Shown: positions 38,933 through 50,686 of the stretch, in pieces
How positions within the stretch are numbered: position 1 is the stretch's first letter
Layout: each line of letters starts with the position of its first letter
Translations under genes and position numbers: made by a program
Origin: Eledone cirrhosa
Taxonomy: Eukaryota
Length of the DNA: 64,000 bases
Direction: 5' to 3'
NCBI GenBank assembly: GCA_964016885.1
Contig: OZ024748.1
Coordinates: forward strand, 38,440,001-38,504,000
The notes under the pieces: model-generated
The model's database searches: none
What the model was told of the DNA's origin: nothing
Seen by the model: only the letters and a program-made list of their open reading frames with translations

Positions 38933-39130
38933 ACTATTTCTTAAATAAGGAACACATGGAAGGTTTTAATATAAATAGAAACATTTTCAAATAATCAGTC
39001 ATGCATAACAAAAGCAGAGCAGTTCAGGTGAGTTATTATGAAAGAGGTCAATTGAATGTAACATATATATATATATATATATATATTATGAAAATAAAAC
39101 AAAGAAGCCTTCAATACATCAAAAGTCTTT

Positions 39131-39175
39131 ATTAGCCAACACTGTTTCGTCCTATTAAGGACTCATCAGGGCAAT
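39131..39175 (-). ncRNA. Canonical-core type I hammerhead ribozyme
   Basis: ATTGCC-CTGATGA-GTCC-TTAATA-GGAC-GAAAC-AGT-GTT-GGC(T)AAT. Confidence 0.85.
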
Positions 39176-40260
39176 CAAAACCACCAGAAGTACTATCGGC
39201 CAATACAAGCCGAAAACTCCGAAGAATATGGAGTGTACATACACTAAAGTATTGGAAGATTATGGGTAAAAATATATAATAAAAATCACTAAGGAGGTGT
39301 ATAACATTTTGAACCATATTACAAATATAGTCTAAAGCAAAAAAACCTAGAGCTAAACAAAGGTGGTTATATAGAGCGGGAATTATATATAATACAACAT
39401 AATATAATATAAAATACTTGTAACAATATTAAAATTAAAATTAAAAATTAAAATTAAAAGGCACAATATACATATGTATATATGTACGCACACGTACGCA
39501 CATATACATATACATCAATACACATATCCATCATTAACAGCACAAATTAAACCTTATTAAGAGTTTAAATATAAATAAGCATAATAGGAATAAAAATGAT
39601 AATAATACGTATATCTAATATACATGAAGTAATGAAATGATTAAAAGTAACACATATAATATATATAGTAATGTATTGAGGTGTCTTTACTGTTGTTTTG
39701 CTGTGTTGAAGTTTATCATAGTGATTTCACAGAGTAAAAGTCATTCAAACTTTGTGCTTCTTTTACACAAACAAGAGAAGTCAGTCACAAATGAGTGCTT
39801 GACTTAGTGGATTCAGTGATGAGGGAGTGACTGGGTATAAGAGAGTGAGTGAGTGTTTAGGTAGATAGCTAGGTAGGTAGGTAGGTAGGTAGATAGAAAG
39901 AGAGAGGGGGGGGGAGATATATAAGCAGATGGTATAGAGAAAAGGCGAGATAGACAGATAGATAGGCAAGTAGACAAGCAGAGAGGCAATCAAGTAAGTA
40001 GGTTGATAGTGAAGTAATTAAACAATTATATGGGACGGTAGGCAGGTATATATTTCAAGAAGCTACTATATAGAAAATCAAGTGGACCTACAAGCTAAGA
40101 GTGAATATAACAAGACAAACTTCATGTGCAGTCAGCCGTCACATTATTTATAAAATAGATAATTAAAAACAACAATACTAACTTAGGGCAATCTAACTGG
40201 TGTCCTTAGCCCTAGGACCACCGGCTTATGATCGGACCTGGTGTATATATATTTATTTAC

Positions 40261-40280
40261 CACACCACATCAATACTCAT
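40261..40280 (-). CDS. Candidate first coding exon of msrA (MSIDVV + TG)
   Basis: ATG..TG|gtaaat gives the phase 2 needed to join exon 29745 in frame. No homology support. Confidence 0.3.
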
Positions 40281-41099
40281 AGTTGTTAATAATTTCCTTT
40301 CACAAAATAGTCAAATACACAAAGTGATACGTCTAAAGTAGAAAATAATTCATGCATATAAATATATATATATATTTATACACACACACACACATATATA
40401 TATGTATATATATATTGAGTTAAGAACTCAGGGTAGTCCCCTACAATCAATAGCTCTAAGAAAAAAGCTTTTCCGTGTTCATCTCTTGTTTATTCAATTA
40501 TATTATATGTATATATATATACATACACACATAAATACATAAAACCGATTTCTTATATAACTACGGCTTCAGATGTTGGGGTGCCGTACTATACAGTAAT
40601 AGTCAAAGCACCTGATTTTACCGATAGTACGGTGAAAGGCAAACAAAGTTGGCATGCTAGAAATCACAGTCAAATACCCCGAGAAACAACACTTCTTTAA
40701 ACATTTAAAGAAGAAGCGATTCGATAAATGTAGCTCTAGACAGACCATTTCTGAATTAAAAAAAAACAGACGATCGCAGTTCCAAACAACATCAAACTGA
40801 AGTAACACATTAAGATATGGTTATATAATTAAAGTCCTACAAAACTGAGAGTAAATTTGTTCTTAGTTGAATGTTCACATGTCTGTTATATCTAAAAACA
40901 TTAAATTCAAAGGGTTTTCAGATGTAAAAGAAAATACGTTTTTACTTACATAACAATCAAACCGGACTGTAAGAGGAAAAAAATAATAAAATACAGGGCT
41001 CAGAGGAGATAACTCTAGAGTCAAATTGTCGCAATTTCTTCCTCTCTGTTTATATAGTAAAAGGAATGCAACTTGCGGGAATACCATATCATGTTAGCC

Positions 41100-42012
41100 A
41101 GCTGTGCACTGTAGCAAGCTCAGACATTCTACATTGCTGCCAGCCCAGGACACCTGCATTGCTGCGAGCTCAGGCTATCTGCACTGTGGTGTGCCGAGGC
41201 TATCTGTTATGTACAGTAGCGAGCCCTGGCTATCTATACTGTACTGTACCGAGCCCAGGTTATCTGTACTGTAGTGAGCCCAGACTACCTGCACTGCGTT
41301 GTAGCGAGCCCAGGCCATCTGTACTGTAGCAAGCCAAGGCTTTATGTACTGTACTGTAGCGAGCCAGGCTATCTGTACTGTAGCGAGCCCAGGCCATCAG
41401 TACTGTACTGCAGCAAGCCCAGGCCATTTGTACTGTAACGAGCCCAGGCCATTTGTACTGTAGCGAGTCCAGGATGTCTGTACTGTACTGTAGCGAGCCC
41501 AGGCCGTCTGTACTGTACTGTAGCGAGCCCAGGCCATCTGTACTGTAGCAAGCCAAGGCTATATGTACTGTACTGTAGCGAGCCAGGCTATCCGTACAGT
41601 AGCGAGCCAGGATATCTGTACTGTACTGTAGCGAGCCCAGGCTATCTGTACTATACTGTAGCGAGCCCTGGCTATCTGTACTGTACTGTAGCGAACCCAG
41701 GCTATCTGTACTGTACTGTAGCGATCCCAGGCTATCTGCACTGTACTGTAGCGAGCCCAGGCTATCTGTACTATACTGTAGCGAGCCTTGGCTATCTGTA
41801 CTGTACTGTAGCGAACCCAGGCTATCTGTACTGTACTGTAGCGATCCCAGGCTATCTGCACTGTACTGTAGAGAGACCTGGCTATCTGTACTATACTGTA
41901 GCGAGCCCTGGCTATCTGTACTGTACTGTAGCGATCCCAGGTTATCTGCACTGTACTGTAGAGAGACCTGGCTATCTATACTGTACTCTAGCGAGCCCTG
42001 GCTATCTGTACT
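41100..42012. repeat. ~25-30-bp minisatellite (GGCTATCTGTACTGTACTGTAGCGAGCCCA)n
   Basis: Degenerate at left, homogeneous 30-mers at right. Confidence 0.92.
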
Positions 42013-42054
42013 CTGGTAAAACCAGATAATTTTTTTTCAGTCATCGTGAAATTA

Positions 42055-42268
42055 ACGTGCAAGTGGCTGAGCATTCCACAAAAAACGCGTACCCTTTACG
42101 TAGTTCTTAGGGAGATTCAGTGTGACACAGTGTGTGACAAGGCTGGTCCTTTGAATTACAGGTACAACTCATTTTTACCAGCTGAGTAGACTAGAGCAAT
42201 GTGAAATAAAGTGTCTTGTTCAAGGACACAACGCAGCGCCGTGAGCCATATACACTAACCACGTGCTT
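42055..42268 (-). mobile_element. SINE related to family B (different 3' part)
   Basis: Shares GAGCAATGTGAAATAAAGTGTCTTG.TCAAGGA with family B. Confidence 0.65.
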
Positions 42269-42314
42269 TCACACACATAAATACACATATAAACACACAC
42301 ACATATATATATAT

Positions 42315-42912
42315 ATTAGGATTGGTGCTCTGAAATAGCGATGTATGCATGAATGTACGTATAGTATATTTGGTGATATACTGTATGTTTAATTAAAAAC
42401 ATTTTGAAGACCTTGCGCTATTATTTTAAAGTAGTGACTATGTCACTTCTTTTTTCAGCAAAGGAAGGGAGATAAGCTGACAGATCTGTTTCACACTGTT
42501 GGTGTTTATCAGAGCAACGTACTCGCCGACCTCTGCCAAAAATTATAGAGGCTGGATTCTTATAGAATTATAAAAAATAAAAAAAATATACTATACATAC
42601 GTTCATGTATACATCGCTATTTCAGAGCACCAATCCTAATTTTTAATTTTTGCTGGACCGGCAATCGCTTTGTATAATCGGTTCCTGATTATTACTGGAA
42701 TTCTATAAGAATCCAGCCTCTATAATTTTCGGCAGAGGTCGGCGAGTACGTTGCTCTGATAAACACCAACAGTGTGAAACAGATGTCAGCTTATCTCCCT
42801 TCCTTTGCTGAAAAAAGAAGTGACATAGTCACTACTTTAAAATAATAGCGCAAGGTCTTCAAAATGTTTTTAATTAAACATACAGTATATCACCAAATAT
42901 ACTATACGTACA

Positions 42913-42920
<8 letters not shown>
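42315..42920. mobile_element. Inverted plus partial-tandem pLTR-type element with two hammerhead motifs (42476-42515 -, 42753-42790 +)
   Basis: ~220-bp near-perfect inverted arms. GCT-CTGATAA-ACAC-CAACA-GTGT-GAAAC-AGAT(CT)-GTC-AGC. Confidence 0.8.
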
Positions 42921-42954
<34 letters not shown>

Positions 42955-43099
42955 AACACACACATATAAATAAACACACAAACATATATAAACACACTCA
43001 CAAATACATATATAAAAGAGACATATATTGAAACACGCACACACACACAGCCACTTTACTGTGAAACCCAAAATTAAAACATTCTTCCTTCCTTCCTAC

Positions 43100-44220
43100 A
43101 ATTATTTTGTCACTCTCACTAAAACATTATACCTTTCTCACCCTCTCTATGTACAACTACATGCCGCACTCTCTCTCTCTCACTAGACCAAGATTCTCCC
43201 TCTCTCACTAAAACACCAAACTCAATCCCCCTCTCTATATCCGACTACATACCTCAATCTCTCACTCTCACAATTCCCCTCTCTCATTAAACCACTATAC
43301 TCTCTGCCACCATCTATATCCCACTACGTCCTCACTCTCTCACACTAGATCAACTAATTCTCTCCCCCCTCTATATACCAGTACATACCCCACTCTCTCA
43401 CTAGCCCACAAAACTCTCTTCCCCTCACTATATTCCACTACAAACCTCACCCTCTTTTACTCATTTAATTCCCCCGTCATCAAACCAACAAACTCGCTCG
43501 CTCTCTCTCTATCCTACTACATACCTAACCCTCTCTCAGAATTCCCCCTCTCTCACTAGACCACCAAATCCACTCGCACTCTCTATATCTCACTACATAC
43601 CTCACTCTCTCTCTCACAATTCCCCCTCTCTAACTAAAGCAACAACTCTTTCCCCCTCACTTTCTTTCAATTCTCCCTCTCTCACTAGACCAACAAATTC
43701 TCTCCCCCTCTCTATATTCCACTACATAACTCACACTCTCTCACAAGACCAACAATTTTTCTCCCCCTCTCTATATTCCACTGCATACCTCACTCTCTTT
43801 TACTCACTTAATTCCCCTCTCATTAAGCCAACAAACTCTCTCCCTCTTTCTATATCCTACTACATACCTCACTCGCTCTCACAATTCCCCATCTCTTACT
43901 AGATCAGCTCTCTCACCCTCTCTATATCTCACTTCATGCCTCACTCTTTCTCACAATTCCCCCTCTCTCACTAGGCCTATAAACTCTCTCGCTCCCTCTA
44001 TAACCCACTACATACCTCACACTTTCTCACCCCCCCCTTCTATCAATAGACTACCAAATTCTCTCCCCCTCTATATATTCCACTACATATCTTTCACTCA
44101 CTTAATTCCCGCTCTCACTAAACCAACAAATTCTCTCGCGCTCTCTATATTCCACTACATACCTCACTCTCTCTCCCACTACACCAACATATTCTCCCCC
44201 CTCCTATATTCCACTACATA
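43100..44220. repeat. Degenerate C/T-rich tandem repeat (~55-80-bp units, core TATATTCCACTACATACCTCACTCTC)
   Basis: The core recurs about 15 times. Confidence 0.8.
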
Positions 44221-44441
44221 GGTTGTGTGTGTGTGTCTGTATATATATATATATATAGATAAATCTACCAAAATATACGGTAGTTTCCAATCCGTATGAA
44301 GAACTCAATGTAATCGAAATATCATGAAAAGAGAAGATGCATTCAAAAATTTTCGATAAAAATCATAGGAAAACAGAGTCAAGATAAATTAATAAAAACA
44401 ATGAAATAAAAACAAAGAACAAGTTCCTTATATTAAAAAAT

Positions 44442-44577
44442 TCATCATTTTACGATCGTTTCTAGGATGCATATGTGTGTTGGTATGTATATCATATAGA
44501 TCTATGTAAAAATATTACAAATTATCAGAGGAAATATACATTCTTTCACATATACAAGCCGTCATCAGAAATGATGA
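44442..44577 (-). ncRNA. Hammerhead ribozyme with a ~100-nt stem II
   Basis: Perfect 9-bp stem I TCATCATTT/AAATGATGA, CTGATGA core, GAAAC-GATC-GTA. Confidence 0.8.
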
Positions 44578-45299
44578 GATGTGTTTATTGAAAAAAAACC
44601 AACAAAGATTTAATATAAAGAGTCTGTTTGGGAACAGATTTTGAATTGACCAATAGAAAAGTAGTTAGAGGTCAAGTTGATAGAATAGCAGTAGTAGAAT
44701 TTAAATTTAGGGGTAGAGGAGTGCAGACTTATGTTTTGAATGAAAAGAATACTTTGGTGATGAAAAGAGGTAAAGTCAAGAAGATAGTGAAGGGTACACG
44801 AACATTTGATGTTATTAAAGAATAATGTTAAAAACGAAGGAAAATAAAATTTTAGGGTAAGGGTATTAGTGAGAAATACCAATCTTATTTAAACTACAAG
44901 GAATCTAGATACATAACAGGAAATTAAATTAATTTATAGGTATACTTATAGGTATTAATTTTAGGTAAGAGGGAAATAAAATTATGAAGTTCTCTGTAGT
45001 AAAATACTAATTATAGGTTAACTAAATTTAAAAAAAACAATTATAATAATTTGTAAAATATAAGAGTAAGGTGTATATTAATTAGGTTTATAATATTTGA
45101 AGGTTCTTCTAATTCTATGATTGCAAGATATAATTAATTCCTGTCGCTTATTTAATAGGATATCCTTAGATTTCATGATTTCAAAAAGTTCCTGGGAGCA
45201 TAACCTACACTCGTATCTGCTATTTTGATAAGGGTGGCCCTTATCAAAATAGCAGATAAGGGGTGGCCTTTTGTTTTTATTTCATTGTTTTTATTAATT

Positions 45300-45330
<31 letters not shown>

Positions 45331-45464
45331 ATAATGTATTACCATGCGTCCTGGAGGCCGTGGGTTGTTTATTTATTTTATTATTTTTTATTTTTTCAAA
45401 TTTTTGGTTGTCAAAATTAGGACGAAGCATCTTCGGCGCCGGGAAATACGGTGTGTGTATATAT

Positions 45465-45509
<45 letters not shown>

Positions 45510-45582
45510 CCTTCCAATTTCATTTTACATCATATACATGTCTGTGTATATTTTAATCATTTAGAAATTATTTTTAAGTGGA

Positions 45583-45611
45583 CGTGACCCAACGGGTCAC
45601 GGGTGGTCTAG
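45583..45611 (+). mobile_element. Helitron-like 3' end
   Basis: Hairpin GTGACCC-AAC-GGGTCAC followed by CTAG|T. Confidence 0.45.
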
Positions 45612-45721
45612 TATGTATGTATGTATGTATATATATATATGTGTGTGTCTGATGGTAGCTAAGATGCTTCCATAGGCGGTAGGCCGGTTGAGCACTCTAT
45701 GCTCTTACAGAGCAGAGTATG

Positions 45722-45985
45722 ATAGAATAGAAAACAAAAAATCAGTGATGCATCTGAACTCAATTTATTGTGTGTTACAATTGTTTCGCCGGCGGACAGC
45801 TCGAGACGCGATCATTGTGTGGATCTGTCTGATTCTGCACTCGCAGGTTCGACGGTCACGTCTAATGATTTCGGATCCACAGATCCACACAATGATCGCG
45901 TCTCGAGCTGTCCGCCGGCGAAACAATTGTAACACACAATAAATTGAGTTCAGATGCATCACTGATTTTTTGTTTTCTATTCTAT
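45722..45985. repeat. Fold-back element with ~105-bp perfect arms and the 3' half of a hammerhead
   Basis: The arms are exact reverse complements and contain GAAAC-AATT-GTA. Confidence 0.8.
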
Positions 45986-46274
45986 ATATATACATATATA
46001 TATATATATGGGGGGTGTAAGTGTGAGAGGTAGGGCATAGTCGAAAGGCAGCAAGTGTTATCTATATATAAAATCTAACTGAAAGCTGAACAGTGAACTA
46101 GAAATGATGTAAGTTGGTGCACGCATGAGATTAGTTTTGTTGGTTTGTGTCCCGTGACTTTTTGAAAGGTACCTCAGTTGGTATAATCAGCTAAAAATAT
46201 AACCTTACGTGTCAGTGGCCCAACCTCGCTGCAAATTAATAACTGAAGTCAGGAATATTAATCTAATCTCTCTC

Positions 46275-46339
<65 letters not shown>

Positions 46340-46559
46340 AATGGATCATTGTCTGGCTGAGAGAGGGAACTGACTAAGCGAATTTCGTTTAAATCTGCGG
46401 TAGCTAATGGTCAACTTCCCCCTGGACCTGCGCAGACCAGTGAGGGTGAATTGGTACTCACAGTGGAACGGATGAAGAACCCAAAAGCACATACTTCGTC
46501 CGTTCCCATGTCGATTCAATTTGGATTGCCTCGGAAAATTAACCTTATTATGTAACAAG

Positions 46560-46631
46560 CTGTCTGACGATGTCGCGAGACTGGCACACAGAACAGTGTG
46601 GCCACTTTCGCCATTGAAATATATATCACAG
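46560..46631 (+). ncRNA. Hammerhead ribozyme with a 45-nt extended stem II
   Basis: CTGT-CTGACGA-[GCGAGA/TTTCGC, TGGC/GCCA, ACAC/GTGT]-GAAAT-ATAT-ATC-ACAG. Confidence 0.8.
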
Positions 46632-46759
46632 TATAATTATTAAAGGACTTGAACATCTGAAACTACTTCGCTTTTCCTTATTCGATATTTACTCCGTCAC
46701 TCCTATGTGGAATAAGTACGTTGAGTGCTTGATTTGAATTGCATCAATGTTTACCCTAA

Positions 46760-46801
<42 letters not shown>

Positions 46802-46879
46802 CGAAGGAAATGTGGTAAAGAACCAGGTGGACCATAACACACCAAAGTACTCAATACTTAGGGTAGTAGAGTGGGTAAT

Positions 46880-47012
46880 AGGAACGAGTAGGACCCCGAC
46901 GGCTGAGCTCAAGCCGTTTCGACGGCTAATTCTAGACTAAAAAAACTTTTTTAGTCCAGAATTAGCCGTCGAAATGGCTTGAGCTCAGCCGTCGGGATCC
47001 TACTCGTTCCTC
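46880..47012. repeat. Fold-back element (~63-bp arms) with the 3' half of a hammerhead
   Basis: The minus arm reads GAAAC-GGCT-TGAGCTC-AGCC-GTC. Confidence 0.75.
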
Positions 47013-47117
47013 TATATATATATATATAGTAAAAAATTGAACGGGAACAAAACAGAGAGGCAGTACGAACGAAGGTTTATTAGTTTCATGCTCTTGAGAG
47101 TGGGGTGGTGGTGGGGA

Positions 47118-47149
47118 ACGACGTTTCGGGCATAAGCCCTTCTTCAGGT
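47118..47149 (-). ncRNA. Minimal PLE-type hammerhead in a solo pLTR fragment (47030-47232)
   Basis: AC-CTGAAGA-A-GGGC-TTAT-GCCC-GAAAC-GTC-GT. Confidence 0.8.
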
Positions 47150-47404
47150 GAAAAGTGTGTGGGAAGAGAGTTCCAAGGGTGTGTAGGGGAGTGGTGGAGA
47201 GACATATAGAAAAAAGGGGGTGATAGGAAACGGTATATATATATATAAAATTAGTGAACAAAGAATCAGTGTTACGTCATATACATATTTAATGAGATAT
47301 ATTTCACTACCGATCAGCTCGAGGAATGATCGATTATGTTCGTTCCTGACTCTGGAATCGAAAGATCCTCAGATATGTGCATTCACACGTAGACGCACAT
47401 CCAT

Positions 47405-47513
<109 letters not shown>

Positions 47514-47600
47514 GTAGGAGGTGAGTTTTATTGTAGTACAATAAAGCAATGCAGATATCGGATAAGAAGCACTCTACAGTTTGTAGGACTGGAGTATACA

Positions 47601-47785
47601 TAATATATAAGATCAAAAGATGGTTAAAGGAGTTCCATGTATTTTATTATGCGCATTTCAAAAACAAACATCATCATGCAATAATATTTGTGTTTAAATA
47701 TTATTGCATGATGATGTTTGTTTTTGAAATGCGCATAATAAAATACATGGAACTCCTTTAACCATCTTTTGATCTTATATATTAT
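47601..47785. repeat. Fold-back element with ~88-bp perfect arms and a degenerate hammerhead
   Basis: Exact inverted arms; ATGATGA..GAAAT-GCGC-ATA. Confidence 0.8.
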
Positions 47786-48880
47786 ATATATATATATATA
47801 TATATTCATTAGTTAAGCAAAACAAGACCACAAACTTCACACGGAAGACATTATTAAAAGATTGTCAACATATTTTAGTTTGATGTAAGGAATGTAGAGA
47901 ATAATAATAATATTATTAATAATAATAATGTCCATTTACAATTGTTTCGCTACTCCATATAATATTTCTGGATCAGATGACTATATATCATAATTGATCT
48001 GGTTCAGTTGAAAATAATTAACATATTTAAAAAACAGAGTGGCTCATCGGAACTTCAAAGGAATATAAATTAAAATAATGGGATAATGTTACATAATATA
48101 ATGTTCCATATATTGGTTTATACTATGGTGTCTTGGTTGCATCAGCTGTCAGCCATAATCAAGCAGTATTCATCTGTCGAGGCTGCATTGTGTGAGATCT
48201 GCCTATGGGTAACAAGATGGCTGCCAACCCTTTTAAGGTACGCTATAACGCACACTCTTTTTCCTTTCGAGACCCTAGCAACAGATGTTCGACATCGCTA
48301 GCTAGGCTCATTAAAAACCTTAAATTAAACAACGTTCAACACTCACTAAAATGGGATATCGTGGCTAGGGCCCAACCGTTCAATGGACGAAGAAAATCTT
48401 GTGATCTCTGTGTTACGGAAGCATATTACATAACTCTATCACGACCTCTACCGATTAACAATAGAACGGAGGTAACCATTAGCTGTCAACATCGAAGGGC
48501 TAATTCCTTCGCCAATAGAGTTTTTGACTCAACTTAGTCATGTAGCCCCATTTCTACTTGTAGCTAATAAGTTAAATTGCTATGAACAACTCGATAATTA
48601 TAAGTTACCTCCCCTACATTGTCTCTCAATTAAAAAATTTAAAAACTAGCACTTAACTATAAATACTCACAATCTCTAATCTCTCGAGAAGTTACTTCCC
48701 CTGAAACCACCCTTTAATTAGTAAGGTAAATATGCCCTTTGGCAGCCATCTTGTTACCCATAGGCAGATCTCACACAATGCAGCCTCGACAGATGAATAC
48801 TGCTTGATTATGGCTGACAGCTGATGCAACCAAGACACCATAGTATAAATCAATATATGGAACATTATATTATGTAACAT

Positions 48881-49068
48881 AGGGCAGTGTATTGGCAGTA
48901 TCGGTAGAGGGTCGGACGCCATGCTTTGACGCATAGAGTTACGGCCCTTGCCATTCTGAGTTCAAATCCCGCCGAGGTTAACTTTGCCTTTCATCCTTAC
49001 GGGGTCGATAAAATAAAGTACCAGTAATACAATGGGTAATTGCTGGCCTTGTGCCTAACGTAGGAACA
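48881..49068 (+). mobile_element. SINE family A with a 17-bp TSD
   Basis: ATTATATTATGTAACAT at 48864-48880 and 49069-49085. The empty site is seen in the left pLTR (~48086-48102). Confidence 0.92.
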
Positions 49069-49117
49069 ATTATATTATGTAACATTATCCCATTATTTTA
49101 ATTTATATTCCTTTGAA

Positions 49118-49235
49118 GTTCCGATGAGCCACTCTATTTTTTAAATGTTAATTATTTTCAACTGAACCAGATCAATTATGATATATAGTCATCTGATCCA
49201 GAAATATTATATGGAGTAGCGAAACAATTGTAAAC
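49118..49235 (+). ncRNA. Hammerhead motif (U4C core) with a ~93-nt stem II; inverted copy at 47934-48053
   Basis: GTT-CCGATGA-GCCACTCTAT...ATGGAGTAGC-GAAAC-AATT-GTA-AAC. Confidence 0.7.
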
Positions 49236-49277
49236 GGACATTATTATTATTAATATTATTATTATTATTCTCTACAT

Positions 49278-49393
49278 ATATGGCTATATCACGCTGAAAA
49301 CACCGGTTCTCGTCCGATCACAAAAGTTAAGCAACGTCGAGCCTAGTTAGTACTTGGATGGGTGACCGCTTGGGAATCCTAGGTGCCGTAAAC
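49278..49393 (+). rRNA. 5S rRNA retrocopy (pseudogene), nearly full length
   Basis: GGCTATATCACGCTGAAAACACCGGTTCTCGTCCGATC..AAGTTAAGC..GTTAGTACTTGGATGGGTGACCGCTTGGGAATCCTAGGTGCCGTAAAC. The 5' end is degenerate and there is no oligo-T terminator. Confidence 0.93.
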
Positions 49394-49395
49394 GT

Positions 49396-49778
49396 AAAGA
49401 CGGTGGATTGGCAGTATCGGTGGAGGGTCGGACGCCATGCTTTCCAGCATAGTTACGTCCCTTTACGATCTGAGTTCAAATACCGCCGAGGTTGACTTTG
49501 CCTTTCATCCTTACGTGGTCGATAAAATACAGTACCAGTAATGAACTGGGTTATTGCTGGCCCTGTGCCTAAAGTAGAAACAATTATTAAAGGGCGGTGG
49601 ATTGGCAGTATCGGTAGAGAGTCGGACACCATGCTTTGAAGCATAGAGTTACGTCCCTTTATGATCTGAGTTCAAATCACGCCGAGGTTAACTTTGCCTT
49701 TCATCCTTACGGGGTCGATAAAATAAAGTACCAGTAATGTACTGGGTAATTGCTGGCCTTGTGCCTAAAATAGAAACA
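49396..49778 (+). mobile_element. Head-to-tail dimer of SINE family A fused to the 5S copy
   Basis: Two full monomers (49396-49588, 49589-49778). Confidence 0.92.
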
Positions 49779-50686
49779 ATTATTATTCTCTACATTCCTT
49801 ACATCAAACTAAAATATGTTGACAATCTTTTAATAATGTCTTCCTTGTGAAGTTTGTGGCTTAACTAATGAATATTTCCAGCTCTACGCACCTAACTTCT
49901 GCATGAACCCAGCCACCTAGCTGCTTTCTACTGCATATTGCACATTGAGCACATGCCTTTACGCTTCGGCTTCTAACTAATTCACCAATCTCTCCTCTCA
50001 TATATCCTCTCCTATCTCCATCTCTCTCTTTAAGAGTGGTTACTCTTGAACTGTGTATATATATATATATATATATATAGTGGAGTATTACAGTATTTTT
50101 TTGGTAAGGAGAGAGAAGCTCTATGCATGCTAACATCTTCAGCTCGTATGGAGTTTAAAACAGACGAATAAGTCTTGGAAAGTTAAGGTTCTCTTTGTTG
50201 AGGACGCTTCAGGTAGCCCCGTATTAATGTGTTTGTGTCTTTAATCCTCTAAGTTTTCATGTGTAGTCTCTCTCGTAATGAGAAAGTTATTTATATAACT
50301 TCACTTTTAACTCTATAAAATACTCCAGCAATGCTAGTGTAGTCACTGCCTCCGTCTCACTCGCTCTCCCCATCTCTCACTATTATAAGGAAATGGGGTC
50401 CCACGTGCTGGCCGCCCCGCAGCCCCACCGGACAGTAGACAGAAGGTGTTTCCCCAGAGGATGGTGAGGGAGATGCATTGGAAGAGCGATTCCAGCTCAC
50501 GAGGCTCACACATGCGGGTAGCCTAAGGGGCGTAACTTCTGTCTTATTGTTTTAAGATCATTTAGTTCCCTTGGGTTAGTTCTTTCGGTTATGGTTAAGC
50601 AAGGACTGACACGTCTCTACAGGGATTATAGAGAGTATATTTTGTATTTTACTCAGACAATTACGTGATATATTTTTTTACTGCTT

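Larger units (their letters stand above)
47806..49871 (+). mobile_element. 5'-truncated PLE (GIY-YIG C-terminus 48229-48537) with an inverted pseudo-LTR pair; the right pLTR carries two later insertions
   Basis: FKVRYNAH..TSLA..LKWDIV..CDLC..E..INNR.E..C.HR resembles the EN at 27254-27772. 47806-48227 is the reverse complement of 48739-49871 once the inserts are removed. Confidence 0.88.

Noticed and set aside
47290-47375. CTGAGGA...GAAAT-AT-ATC on the minus strand (also ATGAAGA..GAAATATC at ~44295)
   Set aside because: Stem pairing is inconsistent or the core is broken. At best these are truncated or degenerate motifs, so they were not counted.
49278-49393. Functional 5S rDNA array unit
   Set aside because: Single copy with an altered 5' stem, no terminator, and enclosed in a TSD with SINEs.
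50340-50530. GC-richer patch with a TATAA-like motif as a promoter or exon
   Set aside because: No recognisable ORF homology or paired splice signals; unsupported.
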